Made by a program: the position numbers and the translations under genes. Below are positions 61,691 through 64,000 of a DNA stretch of 64,000 nt, one piece after another. The notes beneath the pieces are model-generated. The model made no database searches and was not told the origin of the DNA. It was given only the letters and a program-made list of their open reading frames with translations. This DNA is from Amoebidium appalachense (lineage: Eukaryota; Protista; Ichthyosporea): positions 5,772,245 to 5,836,244 of the forward strand of contig CAVNZM010000009.1 in NCBI GenBank assembly GCA_963693365.1. Direction: 5' to 3'. The first letter of the stretch is position 1. The number at the start of each line of letters is the position of its first letter.

Positions 61691-63098
61691 CTACAGTATG
61701 ATGCGAACCCCCCGAGCCCTCTCCTGCTCTTCTGCACATGCCCAATCATGACGCTTTGGAATAATATAGGTAGCCAGCATCTGAATTATTGTACACGAAC
61801 AGGCAACAAGCGCCCGGCCGGCGGGTGCTGGATCCGGAAGTGATACAACAAAGCATAACAAGTGGGTGTGGCATTGCCGGTGATTTCTGTCTTTCGTGCT
61901 TGTGCGTATTTCTGTCGCCAGTTTCAAAGTGTCTTCAGCTGCAACCCTGGGTGGCAGACATGCATGTGTATGCATGGGTAACCCTTCTAGATCTAGCCAG
62001 CCATTGCCACGTGCAGTTGTTCAAGGAACAAAACTTTGCACAAGCACACAAACCAAATATTGGGGGCCACCCAAAGAAACAGGCAAACGGCATTTCCGGC
62101 ATACCTGGAACTTGGGTATGAATTTGTTTGTGGGATACTAATGCCGAGGGGGCTCGACTAGAGCAGCAGCAATCGACGTCTGGTATGTGCACGAACAAGA
62201 CGTGATTACGTGGGGCTGGGGCGGGGCGGGGCCGGGCCGGGCGGGGCCGGGGGGGGGGACTTGGCTTCAAGTTTTTTTTTTCTTCCTTTACCACTTCTAC
62301 ATTTGTAAGCAACTAATTAAAGTAAATAGATTTGGGCAGTACCTAATATGGTATTTTAACAAATAGCCGGCACATGGCTCCTTTTTATTTATCAATGACA
62401 TGTAATGTTATCGAACCGATGACCATGTCTACACCTGATCATGCAAATTATAATCCAAGTTCTCCCCTCTCCCCCCTCCCCTCCTCCCCCCAGCCCCCTC
62501 CTTCCTTCCCCCCCCCCCCCCCCCCCCCCTCCCCAGTCCCCACCCCCTCCCCCCCTCCACCCCACGTACACACACACACGCACACACACACACACATACC
62601 GTCATCATCACCACAGGGCCTGACCACTGTGACACAACCCCTGAGAAACAATGAACATCAATAGCAGTGAATAAGCTTAGGTTCTGTTTCCAGGTGCAAT
62701 CCCCCCCCCCCCCCCCCCCCCCCCGGGGCCCACTCCACCTCCCCTTCCTCCCCCCCCCCCAAAAAAAATCAACACAGTGATTATTAAAAGGTTGCTGTGG
62801 CACTGCACGGATGCAACTTCAAAACCCGTTTCTGTCCCGTTCCCCTTCATCCCTCTGGCATGGTGTACACATGGCTGCCGTTTCGTTTGGTCCCCCCCCC
62901 CCTACCCCCTCTCCCCTGAGCTCCCCTCTTCCCCCCCCCCCCCCCCCCCCCCAACACTGTGACACACACACACACACACACACATACATGCACACATTTG
63001 GGGCCTCCTCCTGAATCTCCCTTCCATCTGACACCTGGGTAGATTTAGGCTTGTTCATGAAAAAACAGTGTATTGTGAAGTGAAGGTGGGGGAGGGAA

Positions 63099-63154
<56 letters not shown>

Positions 63155-63985
63155 ACGGGCGCACACACACACATGCACCCGCGTGTGCGTGTGTGTGTGC
63201 GTATGCGGGCGTGTGTACGTGTGTGTGCTTTCGTGTGTCACGGTGAGTGACACTGTGTGTGTCTGTGTGTTGTCACAATGTGTGTGAACAACATTGTTTT
63301 GGCATGGTCGAAGGCTCCCACGTAACTTATACAGTTCCACCGTACTTACTATGGACAGCACCCTATGGCTACCTACGCCACACGATCCAGACATGTGCAC
63401 ATCCCGTATTGCCGTAACCAGGTAGGGATGCGTGCTTTTTCTGTCACTCCATGCATGGGTTCCGAAAGTTTGTTCAACGGCGCCTTTTTTTGTTGTTGTT
63501 TTTATTTTTCAGCTGCAGTTCTGGATGGCATAATAACGAAACGTAACAATACAAATACGGCTGGGAAGGGTTTGTGCAAAGCCACCAATGTGACTGAGCA
63601 CAGCCTGCCAAATGGGTGCCACCCAAGGAAACAACCATAACCTCTTTCGAGCAAATCATCTGACTGAGACGCTGTGAGATTTTGATTGTGGAACAAAATT
63701 TTATTCAAGGAGGGCCAAAAGGCACAGAGAGGAAAAGGGAAGGAGGGAGTGATGGAGGGTGGGGGGGGAGGGGGGATTACAAGACATTATTTTGCTTGCA
63801 AAGTTGTGACTGCTATTATGTTCTTCTTATTTTTTATTTTTTCTTTTTGAAGTTCTTTTTCTATCCCTCAAGGCTCACGTCTTGTTCACCAATTGCTGTT
63901 CGCATATATTGAGTTAACATTATTGATACGTCTGCTCACCGTTGGTGATTCCGTACACGATGCATTGAACAAAATCCACAGAAAC
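61691..63985 (-). CDS. Probable 3' exons of a gene starting beyond the window; product unknown
   Basis: Candidate exons bounded by AG/GT: 63985-63940 ([15 protein letters not shown]), from 63671, 63034-62996 ([13 protein letters not shown]), 62640-62600, and a possible last exon ending TAG at 61691. I could not build one fully phase-consistent chain. Confidence 0.35.
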
Positions 63986-64000
63986 CTGATAGCCCCCCCC

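Overview
Eukaryotic (protist-like; several proteins look holozoan in style) intron-rich genomic DNA. Introns are packed with poly-G/poly-C runs and (GT)n/(CA)n microsatellites, so almost all ORFs in the supplied track are low-complexity artefacts. Manual splicing (GT-AG sites, phase-consistent exons) gives eight near-complete genes and one partial gene on strictly alternating strands. In order: a multi-pass membrane protein (-), GDP-mannose 3',5'-epimerase (+), a Trf4/TENT4-type non-canonical poly(A) polymerase carrying a CCHC zinc knuckle (-), a SAP-less Tho1/SARNP/MOS11 homologue (+), a nucleoredoxin/tryparedoxin-like WCPPC thioredoxin (-), an orphan protein (+), GNB1L/Asa1 WD40 (-), a K/E-rich WKF-domain (C7orf50-like) protein (+), and probable 3' exons of a further gene (-). 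Mobile DNA: a decayed non-LTR retrotransposon ending in a duplicated (CA)n tail, a 180-bp Tc1/mariner-type MITE, and about ten copies of an unrecognised short interspersed element. That element ends in and is flanked by poly(C), is variably 5'-truncated, and its clear intronic copies all lie sense to the host gene. This family and the introns bracketed by complementary (GT)n/G-rich and (CA)n/C-rich ends are the most interesting signals. All gene models are hand-derived and lack transcript support.
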